Shown here: positions 30,563-41,043 of the stretch, piece by piece | Position numbering within the stretch: the first letter of the stretch is position 1 | Layout: each line of letters begins with the position of its first letter | Source of the DNA: an uncultured Rivularia sp. | GTDB taxonomy: Bacteria > Cyanobacteriota > Cyanobacteriia > Cyanobacteriales > Nostocaceae | Direction of reading: 5' to 3' | Assembly (NCBI GenBank): GCA_963665115.1 | Contig: OY762007.1 | Location: forward strand, 4,640,001 to 4,704,000 | Length of the DNA: 64,000 nt | Translations under genes and position numbers: made by a program | Notes under the pieces: model-generated | What the model saw: the letters and a program-made list of their open reading frames with translations, nothing else | What the model was told of the DNA's origin: nothing | Database searches by the model: none

Positions 30563-31045
30563 ATGCAAAACACAGACGAATTCTCCTGGTACGAGGTACC
30601 CGAAGATGTCAAGCAGTTATTAGTATTAGCGGCAGATAATTGGGAAAATACCTCAGAGTCCGAAAAATACATTAATCAAGCTTTAGCTAAAACGGGAAAT
30701 AATTTAGACGTTTTAATCTCAGCTTATAGATATTTTTATTACAAACAGAATTATCAAATGGCGCTGGAAACAGCAGAAAAAGTTCAAAATGAAGTTAAAC
30801 AAACAGAAAAATTACCCGATGATTGGGAAAAACTAAAACCAGTATTAATTAAACGTAAAGAAGAACAAATTATCCGACTATATTTGAATTCTTATGCTGC
30901 AACGGGTCTAATTTTCGCTATATTAGGAAAAGAACAAGAAGCCAAAGAAATATGTCATAAAGTCAAAGAGATAGACGACAAAAATGACTTTGGCGCAGGA
31001 ATATTGTTTGATGTTTTAACACGTCCTCCAGAAGAAGATGACTAA
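30563..31045 (+). CDS. Conserved helical hypothetical protein of the cox2/nif-associated cluster
   Basis: 160 aa, AYRYFYYK motif; directly after coxC. Confidence 0.75.
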   Translation: MQNTDEFSWYEVPEDVKQLLVLAADNWENTSESEKYINQALAKTGNNLDVLISAYRYFYYKQNYQMALETAEKVQNEVKQTEKLPDDWEKLKPVLIKRKEEQIIRLYLNSYAATGLIFAILGKEQEAKEICHKVKEIDDKNDFGAGILFDVLTRPPEEDD

Positions 31046-31141
31046 TATCCTCATTGGATTTTATCTTTAATCCAAAATCTTCTTATTCCCTTGTTCACTT
31101 CATTTACTCACTTCATCACTTCATCAAAGAAAGTCAAAACT

Positions 31142-31621
31142 ATGTCACAGATAGAACAATTCACTTGGTACGACGTACCCGAAGATATCAAGCAGCTATT
31201 AATAAAAGCAGCGGACAATTCGGACAATACTTCAGAGTGCGAAAAATACATCAGTCAAGCTTTAGCTAAAACGGACAATGAACTAGATGTTTTAATAGCA
31301 GCCTATAGATATTTTTATTACAAGCAAAAATACCAAATGGCGCTAGAAACAGCACAGAAAGTTCAAGAGAAAGCTAAAGAAATCGCAAAATTGCCCGATG
31401 GCTGGGAAGATCAAAAGCCAATATTATTTCAGCGTGAAGAAGAACAAATTATCCAAGTATATGTAAATGCTTATTCTGCCACAGGAATAATTTTCGCTGC
31501 ACTAGGAGAAGCAGAAAAAGCCCAAGAAATATCCGATAAAGTCAAAGACGTAGATAGAGCAAATGTCTTTACCGCAGGTATATTGGCTGATATTTCAGAA
31601 CTAGGTACTTTCAAGCAATAA
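31142..31621 (+). CDS. Tandem paralogue of 30563..31045
   Basis: Collinear similarity (WYDVPEDIKQLL, EKYISQALAKT, AYRYFYYKQKYQMALETA); likely start ATG 31142. Confidence 0.8.
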   Translation: MSQIEQFTWYDVPEDIKQLLIKAADNSDNTSECEKYISQALAKTDNELDVLIAAYRYFYYKQKYQMALETAQKVQEKAKEIAKLPDGWEDQKPILFQREEEQIIQVYVNAYSATGIIFAALGEAEKAQEISDKVKDVDRANVFTAGILADISELGTFKQ

Positions 31622-31861
31622 AATATCTAGAGGAAGGGTTCCGCTCCGAAGGCGGAACTCCCACCACTCACTTGTTTCTCCGAAATGTATCTGATAAAAC
31701 CCGATATTTTATTTTTTGGATCTCTCTAACGTCAGAAAAGGACAATGAAGAGTTAGGAGTTAGGAGTTAGGAGTTAGGAGTTAAGAGTTAATAATTAATA
31801 ATAAAGATGAATTTATACATTTAATTTTATTCACTGTTCACTGATAACTGTTAACCGATCT

Positions 31862-32473
31862 ATGGAAGGTAAAGACTGGCTTGTAACAGCAGATGGTAAA
31901 TATCAAGTTTGTAAATCTGTAAGAGCATGGGATTTGATTACTGAAAATTATCGGCTTTATCGCTTTCTTACGGAATTAGAAGATATTCTTAAAAAACAAT
32001 TAGATGAAAGCGATTGTCTAGCAGAAATTAGGCAATTAATAAGACGATTGCTGGTTAATTCTTATTGGATAAAAACTCAACATCCGGAACCCGATACTAA
32101 AACCGGAACTTCTGTTAAACTTTTATATGATGAGTTGGGTTTTCCTTTTACAGTACAAACCGTTACCTTTACAAAAGGAACGCAATCCAATATTCATAAT
32201 CACGGAATTTGGGGAATCGTCGCAGTATTAAAAGGACAAGAAAAGAATATTATTTGGAAGCGAAATCCTACCGCAGAACATCCAGAAAAAATTGAACCCG
32301 TAGCAGAAATTATCTTAAATCCTGGGGATATTGTTAGTTTCGTACCGGGTGCAATTCATAGTGTCGAAGCAATGAGTGACGAACCAACCGTAACTTTTAA
32401 CTTGTACGGCGAAACTAGATCGAAAGAACGTTTTGCATTTGACACGGTTCGTCATACTGCGAAGAATTTCTAA
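31862..32473 (+). CDS. Cupin (cysteine-dioxygenase-like) protein
   Basis: SNIHNHGIWG...G-x-E...AIHSV...NLYG. Confidence 0.85.
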   Translation: MEGKDWLVTADGKYQVCKSVRAWDLITENYRLYRFLTELEDILKKQLDESDCLAEIRQLIRRLLVNSYWIKTQHPEPDTKTGTSVKLLYDELGFPFTVQTVTFTKGTQSNIHNHGIWGIVAVLKGQEKNIIWKRNPTAEHPEKIEPVAEIILNPGDIVSFVPGAIHSVEAMSDEPTVTFNLYGETRSKERFAFDTVRHTAKNF

Positions 32474-32525
32474 ACAATGAACAATTATCAATTATCAATG
32501 AACAGTTGCTATTTCTTGTTTACTA

Positions 32526-32572
32526 GCGAGCAAGATGCTTGTCCTGACGGACACGCTGCGCTAACGCACTAC
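32526..32572 (-). repeat. REP interrupted by the 25-bp micro-element
   Basis: GCGAGCAAGATGCT|TGTCCTGACGGACACGCTGCGCTAA|CGCACTAC. Confidence 0.85.
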
Positions 32573-32671
32573 GAAAATTAGTTTAAACGACTATAAATAA
32601 TAACTAGTAACTAATAACTGATGATTGATAATTGGTCATTGATAATTGATAACTGATTAGGAGCTTTTATC

Positions 32672-33112
32672 GTGGCAAAGGTAATATTTTACGAAAAAAC
32701 TGGCTGTCGAAATAATACTAAACAGAAAACATTATTAACAGCAGCCGGACATCAAGTAGAAGCGCATAATATCTTAGAAGAAAAATGGACTAAAGAGCGT
32801 TTGCGCTGGTTTTTCAACAATCGTCCCGTAGCAGATTGGTTTAACCGTTCATCACCTAGAATCAAATCTGGTGAAATAAACCCCGAACAAGTAGATGCGG
32901 AAACTGCTTTAGATTTAATGTTAGAGGAACCGTTATTAATTCGTCGTCCTTTAATTCAAGTCGGTTATCGCGGTGAAGTCGGTTTCGATACCCAAGTTAT
33001 TGAAAGTTGGATTGGCTTAACTCCTAAAGATGAGACTTTACAGGAAGTTAGTCAAAAATTGATGAGTACGGATTTACAAGGTTGCGCTCATAAGCACGAG
33101 CATCATCATTGA
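32672..33112 (+). CDS. Nitrogenase-associated ArsC/Spx-family protein
   Basis: FYEKTGCRNN-x-KQK, WFNRSSPRIK, PLLIRRPL, GFD. Confidence 0.85.
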   Translation: MAKVIFYEKTGCRNNTKQKTLLTAAGHQVEAHNILEEKWTKERLRWFFNNRPVADWFNRSSPRIKSGEINPEQVDAETALDLMLEEPLLIRRPLIQVGYRGEVGFDTQVIESWIGLTPKDETLQEVSQKLMSTDLQGCAHKHEHHH

Positions 33113-33275
33113 TTTTGGGGAATTGGTAATTGGTAAATAAAATTTAGTTTGGAACCGGATGTCGTGAAGATGTCCGGTTTTTTTTGGGTTTATATTGCTC
33201 ACCCGACGGGGAATGCAATTCCCCGTCTAATAGTGAAAGTCCATTAAAATGGACTAAGAGTTTTTGTAAATAGTT

Positions 33276-33722
33276 ATGGAGATTACTGCTGAAGAATTGC
33301 GTATAAGAACTGCTGCTAGGGAGAAGTATTTTGCTGGGATTAGGGTTAAAGAAGGCGAGGTTCTTGATGGCATCAATTTGAGAAAAGTCATTTTGAGAGG
33401 AGCTTATCTGTGCTACGTTTCCTTGATTGGTGCTAACTTGAGTAACGCTCGTTTGAGGGGAGCTTCTCTCGATGGAGCTATTTTGGATGGTGCTAATTTG
33501 CACGGAGTTCAACTCCAAGGAGCCTGTTTGTTCGGAGCTAGCCTCCGCAATTGCACTTTGGTTGGAGCCGATTTGCATGGAGCCGACTTGAGAGGTGTTG
33601 ATTTGCAAGGATCTGATTTGAGCCATGCTGACTTCAGAGGAGCCGACATGGATAACGTTATTTTCTACGAGGTTATTCTGAAAAACACTATTATGGAAGA
33701 TGGAAGCGTTGAGAGTTCGTAG
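33276..33722 (+). CDS. Pentapeptide repeat protein
   Basis: A(D/N)LxG repeats. Confidence 0.9.
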   Translation: MEITAEELRIRTAAREKYFAGIRVKEGEVLDGINLRKVILRGAYLCYVSLIGANLSNARLRGASLDGAILDGANLHGVQLQGACLFGASLRNCTLVGADLHGADLRGVDLQGSDLSHADFRGADMDNVIFYEVILKNTIMEDGSVESS

Positions 33723-34039
33723 GTTGGGTTGAGGAACGTTAACGGAGTGTGTCCCGGAGGACATAACCCAACATAATCTCGAAAACTAAACAAAATAATT
33801 CAAACAACTTCAATATTCAACACCCAACTAAATAATACTTTTCAACCAAAGCTCGTAGGTTGGGTTGAACGAAGAGAAACCCAACATTATTTAGAAAGCA
33901 AAACAAAACCATTAGAACAAATTTAATATTTAACACTTAACCAAATAATACGTTTCAACCAAAACCCGGATGTTGGGTTACGACGCTTCTATACTCTTCG
34001 TCAACAACAAATATAATTCGTGCGTCTAACCCAACCTAC
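33719..34039. repeat. GTAGGTTGGGTT...AACCCAAC REP-like cluster, first copy carrying a micro-element
   Basis: Same family as 8828-9121. Confidence 0.8.
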
Positions 34040-34627
34040 AAGAGGGCTACAATTTAAAAGTTATTTTTCGCAGAAAATTTCATTCCCCAGCGGATTGATG
34101 AGCTTTTTATAAATAAATATTTGCCAATCTGGCAGTTAATTTAGTGTAAATAATGATAGCATTTGCGCTTTAGTACTTATTGTTATCGTCAATCCTAACT
34201 AAACCTATAATGTCAAATTTATTTTACTTATCTATATATTCGGTTATGTATAAAAATATGTTGCGGGGTACGGTAATCGATAAATCTTGGAGCAATAACC
34301 ATTAAACTGCTTTTTTCACCAATTCTTAAAGAAATTTCCGCAAGGTTAATCCAAAATCCAAAATTGATGAATTTATATTGTTAAAATCAAACAAAAACTT
34401 ATTGCTGATGATTTGAGTACCAAATAATGGTAATAATTTATTTGAAACGTTAATTTTATTTTTAAAGTCTAAAATCGCTGTAATTATTGCGGTATTTAAC
34501 GCCAAAATTCATGGTTTAGGGTCAAAATTTTGCATTTTAGCTAAGTAATTTACCGGCATCACATTATCATTGCCATCTACCAATAATTTAAGTGGAAAAA
34601 TAATCTCTGCGTGAATGGGGAGCAAGT

Positions 34628-37189
34628 ATGAAAAGTGATATAGCAGTAGAGAAATTACGCCGATATAAGGAGTATGCGGAATCGGTGCTTCAAAGTCTGG
34701 AGTTGGTTTCGGAGAATCCACCACCTCAAGAGGATTGGGTGCCGACAAGTATCCATGAAAACATTCAGCGTCTGGTACAGTCTGCCCGCTCTACGGTAGA
34801 GTTGGCTTCTTCTCCTGTCAAAATTGGCGTAATGGGGGAGTTTAGTAGCGGTAAAACTTTACTAATTGGTAGCTTAATTGGTTTCGCGGATGCTTTACCT
34901 GTTAGCGAAACTCCTTCTACTGGGAACGTAACCGCGATTCATTTGGTGCAGCAACCTCAGTTACAGACGACGAAGGTTAATAAGTTTAAGGTACAGTATC
35001 TTTCCCATGAAGGGGTAAAAGAATGTTTGGGTTTTATGCTCAAGGTGGTGGAAGGTAGGGCAAAGCTGGCGGAAGTACCCGCAGCTCCTTTAGCCACTTT
35101 AAAAAGTTTGTACCCCACAACTTTTGTCGATACCAATGGAATTTTAACTTGGTGCGAACAAGCTTGGAATCAAACCCAAAGTTTGGAATTACGGGCTTTG
35201 TTACGGGAAGTGGTGGTATTTGTTCGTACTTATAGCGCTTACGGGAAAGATATCTGCGGTAGAAGTTACGAAATTGACCATTTTACGGCGAATAAGGGGT
35301 TGAGATTGGCCGATCCCCCAATGAATATTTTGGAGTTAAAATTTCGGGAATTACCCGCATCTCCGAAGCGTTGGGAGACTTTCGCGCAGCCTTCAGCGAG
35401 GGATTTAAATAATAGTTTCTCGTTGATTCGACGGATCGATATTACGGTTGAAGTAGCAAAACAAATCTGGGATTTATCAGGGTTACAGGGGACGAATGAG
35501 TTTGTATTATTAGATTTTCCCGGTTTGGGTGCGGCTGATTCGGGTATCAGAGATACTTTTTTATCGCTGCGGGAATTGACTGAGGTACAAACTATTTTAC
35601 TGTTACTCAACGGTAGATATCCGGGGGGAGTGACTGCTGCAAAAATTCGCAGTATGTTGGAACGGGATAAGGGACAAGATTTAAGAGATCGGATTATTGT
35701 TGCTATGGGAAGGTTTAATCAGCTTCCTTTAACAAGTCGCGATATTTTGACGATGGATGAGGTTTTGGAGGAACCTTTATTATCGGAAGAAGCTGTTTTA
35801 GAAAAGCTGAGAATTCTGCATTTAACTCTTGCTAGTGCAAGTAATTTGACGACTGAGAAGAAAAATATTGTTTTGCTATCGCAGCTTTACGGATTAACAA
35901 AGCAAGCACAGTATTCTTCGTTAATACAAGTTTGTTCCCCAGAGTTTTTACCAGATTTAGAAAAGCCAAATCAAGCTGATGAAGTTCAGTTACGGGAAAA
36001 ATGGCGCAAGTTGGGGGAGATGTTACCGCAGTCAAGTACTTTGCACAAACAGTTGAGCGATTATGCAGAAGATGGTGGCATAAGTCGATTGCGATCGCTA
36101 CTTAAAGATCATGTGGGGCAGCATGGAATGAAGCAGCTTTTGGAAGATACCCAAAGGGCTGCGGAAACGGTGATGAAGGAGCAAAATAATTTAAAAGCTG
36201 TATTGGAAGAGATTCCGGCTTATATTCCGGTGGTGGAAAATCCGGCTTTTATGGAGTTACGGGAAAAAATTGAGAATTTAGTAACGACATATCGGCATTT
36301 TCAGGAAGATTTAGAAAAACAGCCGATGTTAAAAAATCGCACTGGATCTACTTTGAGCGATGTTGTCAAAGATGAATTAACCAACAAAATATTTTTTGAG
36401 TGGAGCGAGTGGACTTTATTATTCGATCGGACTAAAAACGGGACAATTACGTTTACTAAAAATGCCAGCATCTTTGAGGAAGACGAAGAGGAAGACGCAA
36501 TTCCCACTCAAAGCGACGATTTTTATAATTCCTTCGTTAAAACCGTTAACGAAATGCAATCTTTTGCTCATGAAAGAACTGCTGAAACGGTAAAAGATTT
36601 ATTCAACAAATTAGCCGTAGAAGTACAGTTAGAAAGAAACAAAATTAAAGAAATTATCCAACCGCAATTAGAGCAGCGAATTCAGGAGAAGTTTGGCAAG
36701 AGAGAAACTCGTTTATATAGATATCTTTTACGAGCGATCGATCCAACTAATAAATGGCAAAACTTAATTATTCAACACAGCGGATTGGCGAGTAGTGCAG
36801 TACCGATAAATGCCGATAGTTTATTTCCTTTAGCAAGAAAAGATGCACAACATCAAAAAGGACAGATATTCGATTGGAGTCCTGACAAACAATTTTCAGT
36901 ACCACCAAGACCATTTAATCATCAAATTGCCGTGTTGAGATTGCGGGATGAAATTACTGCTAGTGCTGGGTTACATTTGATTCAATACGTCAGCGAAATC
37001 ACCAAACAAGTTAAAGGTTCCTTTTCAATGGCATTGAAGGAGATAGTTGATAGTTTACAAGAACTTTTAAAATCCAAACACGAGCCTTTATTGAGATATA
37101 TAGCTTCTGCTGAGGAAACAACTTCTGCTTCTACACCAGAGTGGCTGGATACTATGAAGCGGATTACTGTTATTTCTTATCCGGAGTGA
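34628..37189 (+). CDS. Dynamin-like P-loop GTPase (SrfC-like)
   Basis: G1 GEFSSGKT, G2 PSTG, G3 DFPGLG, long helical C-terminus. Confidence 0.75.
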   Translation: MKSDIAVEKLRRYKEYAESVLQSLELVSENPPPQEDWVPTSIHENIQRLVQSARSTVELASSPVKIGVMGEFSSGKTLLIGSLIGFADALPVSETPSTGNVTAIHLVQQPQLQTTKVNKFKVQYLSHEGVKECLGFMLKVVEGRAKLAEVPAAPLATLKSLYPTTFVDTNGILTWCEQAWNQTQSLELRALLREVVVFVRTYSAYGKDICGRSYEIDHFTANKGLRLADPPMNILELKFRELPASPKRWETFAQPSARDLNNSFSLIRRIDITVEVAKQIWDLSGLQGTNEFVLLDFPGLGAADSGIRDTFLSLRELTEVQTILLLLNGRYPGGVTAAKIRSMLERDKGQDLRDRIIVAMGRFNQLPLTSRDILTMDEVLEEPLLSEEAVLEKLRILHLTLASASNLTTEKKNIVLLSQLYGLTKQAQYSSLIQVCSPEFLPDLEKPNQADEVQLREKWRKLGEMLPQSSTLHKQLSDYAEDGGISRLRSLLKDHVGQHGMKQLLEDTQRAAETVMKEQNNLKAVLEEIPAYIPVVENPAFMELREKIENLVTTYRHFQEDLEKQPMLKNRTGSTLSDVVKDELTNKIFFEWSEWTLLFDRTKNGTITFTKNASIFEEDEEEDAIPTQSDDFYNSFVKTVNEMQSFAHERTAETVKDLFNKLAVEVQLERNKIKEIIQPQLEQRIQEKFGKRETRLYRYLLRAIDPTNKWQNLIIQHSGLASSAVPINADSLFPLARKDAQHQKGQIFDWSPDKQFSVPPRPFNHQIAVLRLRDEITASAGLHLIQYVSEITKQVKGSFSMALKEIVDSLQELLKSKHEPLLRYIASAEETTSASTPEWLDTMKRITVISYPE

Positions 37190-37410
37190 AAAATTATCAA
37201 TTATCAATTATCAATTATCAATTAACAGGTTGGAATTCATAACTATAAGAAGACGTAGCACTGCTACGTCTCTACATTAAAACTATTAATTCCTAACTCT
37301 TTTACCGGAAGATTACTGATTAATAAAACCGCAGAGACGCAGAGGAAACAGAGATAAGAAGTTACAGAGATATAGCCACTAACAACTAACAACTAACTCC
37401 CAGATAAAAA

Positions 37411-40400
37411 ATGCCTGTCAAAATAGAACTTTTCAGTCGTTATCAATTACGTACTAAAGAAACCGATCCGCTGCTTTTATTATTGCCGGTAGTTGAAATA
37501 AAACCAGTTGATAGTCCTAATTCTCCGTTTATTTCTTCGATTGAAATTAAGGTTTTAGGACAGCGTTCTGAGTTAGCAAAACAAATCGAATCGGCTTATA
37601 GAAGCGTTAGTTTTAGTACCGATAGATTACTTCGACTTACTTCTCCCCAGCGGTTGAGACAAAATGATTGTATTTGGACTCCACCTTTACCCAAGGGAAT
37701 TGATTTGACTTTGCGGGTGACTGCTGAGTATTTCGATTCCGATGATACGGGTACGGCAATTTTAGCGGTGAAAAAAACTGCTGCTGCTGATTGCAATATT
37801 TGGACTTTTGCTGAGGAAAATGCTCGCTGGAGAAATCCTGAACTTACAGAAGAAATTACCAATCAAAATATGATTAGCGAAACCCCTATTCTTAATCACT
37901 CTTCGTCGGTTATTTCGCAAAAGGAAAAATCTGAGATAACTTATCCCGGTTGGTTTGCGATTGATTTTGGTACTTCTAATTCTACGGTGACGCTTTACGA
38001 TCCAAAGGTGATTGTCACTCCCCATACTTTACCCAGCGAACAAGAGGAAAAGTTAAGCGAAAAATTAGCCTTTTGGTTGACGCAGCGCCCTGTTGATGAG
38101 GTACCAGGGATCGGTCGCGATGTTTGGGATGCTGAGTGGCAAAAGTTATTCTCACACCTCAGTAAAAACTTGGATAATTTTAATCCGGCGAATTTACAGC
38201 TTTTGCGCGGAGAACAGCTTTTAGAAGCAATTCGCGAAATAGAAATCTGTCTGAGCAAGCGTTTGGGCTGGTTCCGTCGTGCTGCTAGTAAAAGATTAAA
38301 TAAAATTTATCATCAGGTTTTTCGGGTTCCAGCTTTGGAGTGGCAAAGTTTGTTACCCGTTGAGTTGGATAAGGATAGACGGTTAAATGAAATTCCTTCG
38401 GAGTTGGAGGTGATTAATTTAGAGCCTTCTTTACCATCTCAAGATCCAGGAAAGGTAAAAGTGATGTTGGGAGAGCAAGCTTATCAGCATAGATTGGATG
38501 CGATTAAGCAAGGTGAAGGAATTGACGGACGATTTTTGCATTCCCCCAAACGTTATTTTGGTCAAGAGCGCAGTTTTGATATAAGTTTGGATGGTAAGGA
38601 AGATACTATTCAAGTAAATCAACTTTTGCAGGCTGCTTACGCTGAGTTGATTGAATTAACCCAGAAATATCGTCAGCGCTATCCCGGAAAATGCAGCGAT
38701 GGTAACTTTTATCGCGCAGTTTTGACATATCCGACAATTGCTTCACCATTTATCCGTCGAGAAATCGAAAGTTTAGTTAAGAAATTGGGTATCGAAGACG
38801 TACAAATGGCTTACGATGAAGCCGTTTCCGCAGCTATCTTCTTTTTATGGCAAGAATTTGGTGGCGATTTAAATTTAGGAATAGAATCTTTTAAAAGCCG
38901 TTGTCGTCACGATGGCAATAAATGGTGGCAAAATGTTTTAGTCTTAGATATTGGTGGGGGAACCACCGATTTAGCCTTAATTCGACTGACTTTAGAAGAA
39001 ATCGATCCTTTTGAACCTACCGAAGATAGAGGTGATGGAGGTCGATATTATAAACTTACACCAAAACTGTTGGGATCTTCGGGTCATTTACAGTTGGGTG
39101 GGGAATTGATTTCGCTGCGATTATTCTTGTTGTTAAAAGTGGCGATCGCCGATTCTCTATTAAGTGCTGTTGCGGATGATATTTTAGCTAAAGAAGTATT
39201 GAAAGTACAGCCAGAAGAATTAAACGAACGCTTTTTAGATAACGGTAAATATCGTAAAGGTTCGCTGTTAGCTTGTGTTGATAAAGAAATTCGCGAAGGT
39301 GATACCTACAAAGAAGCATTAAACGACGCTGAAAAAGTTTTACCTACCCGTTGGAAAAATAGTTCATCCCGTTCTCAAACATTTTACGATCTTTGGGAAC
39401 ACGCTGAAAATGCCAAGTTAGCCTTGGGACAAAAACGTTTTCTGGTAAACGATATCCCAGAAGCAATATTTGTTTTAAACGGACAGCAAATATCAGAATT
39501 ACTTTCCCAAAACGATATTCAACTACCCACAGACGTACTTGATAAAATTAGCGTCACCTTAACAGGAGAGCAATTCGAGAAAGCAGCTTCCCCGGTAATT
39601 CAAGAAGCCATCGGTATAGCTTCTGGCTTAATTGAAAATGCTTTTAAGTCAAAGTTCGTCAGCGAAATTAGTTTTATTGAACAAATACAACAAGACGAAG
39701 CGCAAACTAAAAAAGAACAAGTAGACTGGTTAATTTTATCCGGCAAAACCTGTAATTTAGAATTGGTAGAGCGGGAACTTTACCGAGTATTTAGTAAATC
39801 CGATTACTTTGTCTGGAACGAAGAAAGAGTTACCTTTGAACCAGAATATACCAAATTAGCCACATCAGCCGGAGCTTGCTTTGCTGAAAAGCTGCGTCAA
39901 TTAAGCTTCTCTCCCCAAGAGTCAAAAGATTTACTTCGGAAAGGCGCAAATCAACTTTATATAGATGTAAAAAACTTATTTTACTTTTTACCTTGCTCCT
40001 TCGTTAGAGAAGTTATTGGTGGAAGTCCAGTTCCAATTTTCCACGCGGGACAAGAACTTTACCAACTCAAAGCCGAAGAAGGAATGGCGAAATTACGCAG
40101 CAATTGGTTGGGAATGCAGTTAACCAATAATATCAGAAGACAAGACTTTGAAAAAATGAAGTTACAGCTATGGGGAAGTTTTAACGGTGACGCTTTAATG
40201 AAAAAATTAGGAATCACCGAAGACGACTTTAAAAATAATATCAAAGTTCAATTTGAAATCAATCAAAAGTTGGACATTGACTTATTACTTTGTCGCGGAA
40301 TTCCTCATTATTTAATACCTGCAAATATTCCCAACATCGACGCAGCAAAAGCAATTGGGAATCAAGAATTAATTACCGATGAATCACAAGTAATTTGCGA

Positions 40401-40857
40401 CATAGCCGTTAACGTCGTCGAAGCAGCAAACGCATTAAAAACAGACGCACATACAGTATTATATAAAGCCGGTAAAGACTATAGCAAAGAATTAAGAGTA
40501 TTCCGCTATGATAACGACACAAACCAACCGCAAACCATCGGATTAATAGCCGAACTTCCACCATTTCCAGCCAGCGGAAAACATACATTTTACTTCCAAT
40601 TCCGCAACCCCCAATCTAATACATGGGAATTAATTGGAGAATTACCACAACCACCAGTTAACAGTGAATATCCATGTCGTTATTACGTTACTTTAGACTT
40701 TAAAGGAACATTGCGCGTACATCCCTTTGAAGTACCATATTGGACATCTACAAATCCAGAATTTCTCAAACAAGAAGGATGTATATTTCGGGATACTTTA
40801 CAACCACAGTCTACTAATGTTGAAGCCGAAAGAGATCCGTTTTGTGGAATGCATTAG
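37411..40857 (+). CDS. Large Hsp70/actin-fold ATPase (SrfB-like)
   Basis: AIDFGTSNS, DEAVSAA, LDIGGGTTD, LGGELI, LILSGKT motifs. Confidence 0.78.
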   Translation: MPVKIELFSRYQLRTKETDPLLLLLPVVEIKPVDSPNSPFISSIEIKVLGQRSELAKQIESAYRSVSFSTDRLLRLTSPQRLRQNDCIWTPPLPKGIDLTLRVTAEYFDSDDTGTAILAVKKTAAADCNIWTFAEENARWRNPELTEEITNQNMISETPILNHSSSVISQKEKSEITYPGWFAIDFGTSNSTVTLYDPKVIVTPHTLPSEQEEKLSEKLAFWLTQRPVDEVPGIGRDVWDAEWQKLFSHLSKNLDNFNPANLQLLRGEQLLEAIREIEICLSKRLGWFRRAASKRLNKIYHQVFRVPALEWQSLLPVELDKDRRLNEIPSELEVINLEPSLPSQDPGKVKVMLGEQAYQHRLDAIKQGEGIDGRFLHSPKRYFGQERSFDISLDGKEDTIQVNQLLQAAYAELIELTQKYRQRYPGKCSDGNFYRAVLTYPTIASPFIRREIESLVKKLGIEDVQMAYDEAVSAAIFFLWQEFGGDLNLGIESFKSRCRHDGNKWWQNVLVLDIGGGTTDLALIRLTLEEIDPFEPTEDRGDGGRYYKLTPKLLGSSGHLQLGGELISLRLFLLLKVAIADSLLSAVADDILAKEVLKVQPEELNERFLDNGKYRKGSLLACVDKEIREGDTYKEALNDAEKVLPTRWKNSSSRSQTFYDLWEHAENAKLALGQKRFLVNDIPEAIFVLNGQQISELLSQNDIQLPTDVLDKISVTLTGEQFEKAASPVIQEAIGIASGLIENAFKSKFVSEISFIEQIQQDEAQTKKEQVDWLILSGKTCNLELVERELYRVFSKSDYFVWNEERVTFEPEYTKLATSAGACFAEKLRQLSFSPQESKDLLRKGANQLYIDVKNLFYFLPCSFVREVIGGSPVPIFHAGQELYQLKAEEGMAKLRSNWLGMQLTNNIRRQDFEKMKLQLWGSFNGDALMKKLGITEDDFKNNIKVQFEINQKLDIDLLLCRGIPHYLIPANIPNIDAAKAIGNQELITDESQVICDIAVNVVEAANALKTDAHTVLYKAGKDYSKELRVFRYDNDTNQPQTIGLIAELPPFPASGKHTFYFQFRNPQSNTWELIGELPQPPVNSEYPCRYYVTLDFKGTLRVHPFEVPYWTSTNPEFLKQEGCIFRDTLQPQSTNVEAERDPFCGMH

Positions 40858-40884
40858 TCAGTTAACAGTTAACAGTTATAATTT

Positions 40885-41034
40885 GTAGGGTGTGTTACGG
40901 CTCGGGGTAATTCGATTCAAAAATTACTATTGTAATAATGCCGTAACGCACCATTGTTTTTCAAAAACCTTTTTTTTCGATATTGTAATTTAAATTAAAT
41001 ATTTATCATATTTGTGCCGTGACAGCACCCTACA
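40885..41034. repeat. Inverted pair of GTAGGGTG REP-like elements (related copy at about 60486-60554)
   Basis: GTAGGGTGTGTTACGG...CCGTAACGCACC and GTGACAGCACCCTAC. Confidence 0.65.
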
Positions 41035-41043
41035 AAATTACCG

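Noticed and set aside
33144..33764. 206-aa minus-strand ORF with QI-S-S periodicity
   Set aside because: Antisense shadow of the pentapeptide repeat gene
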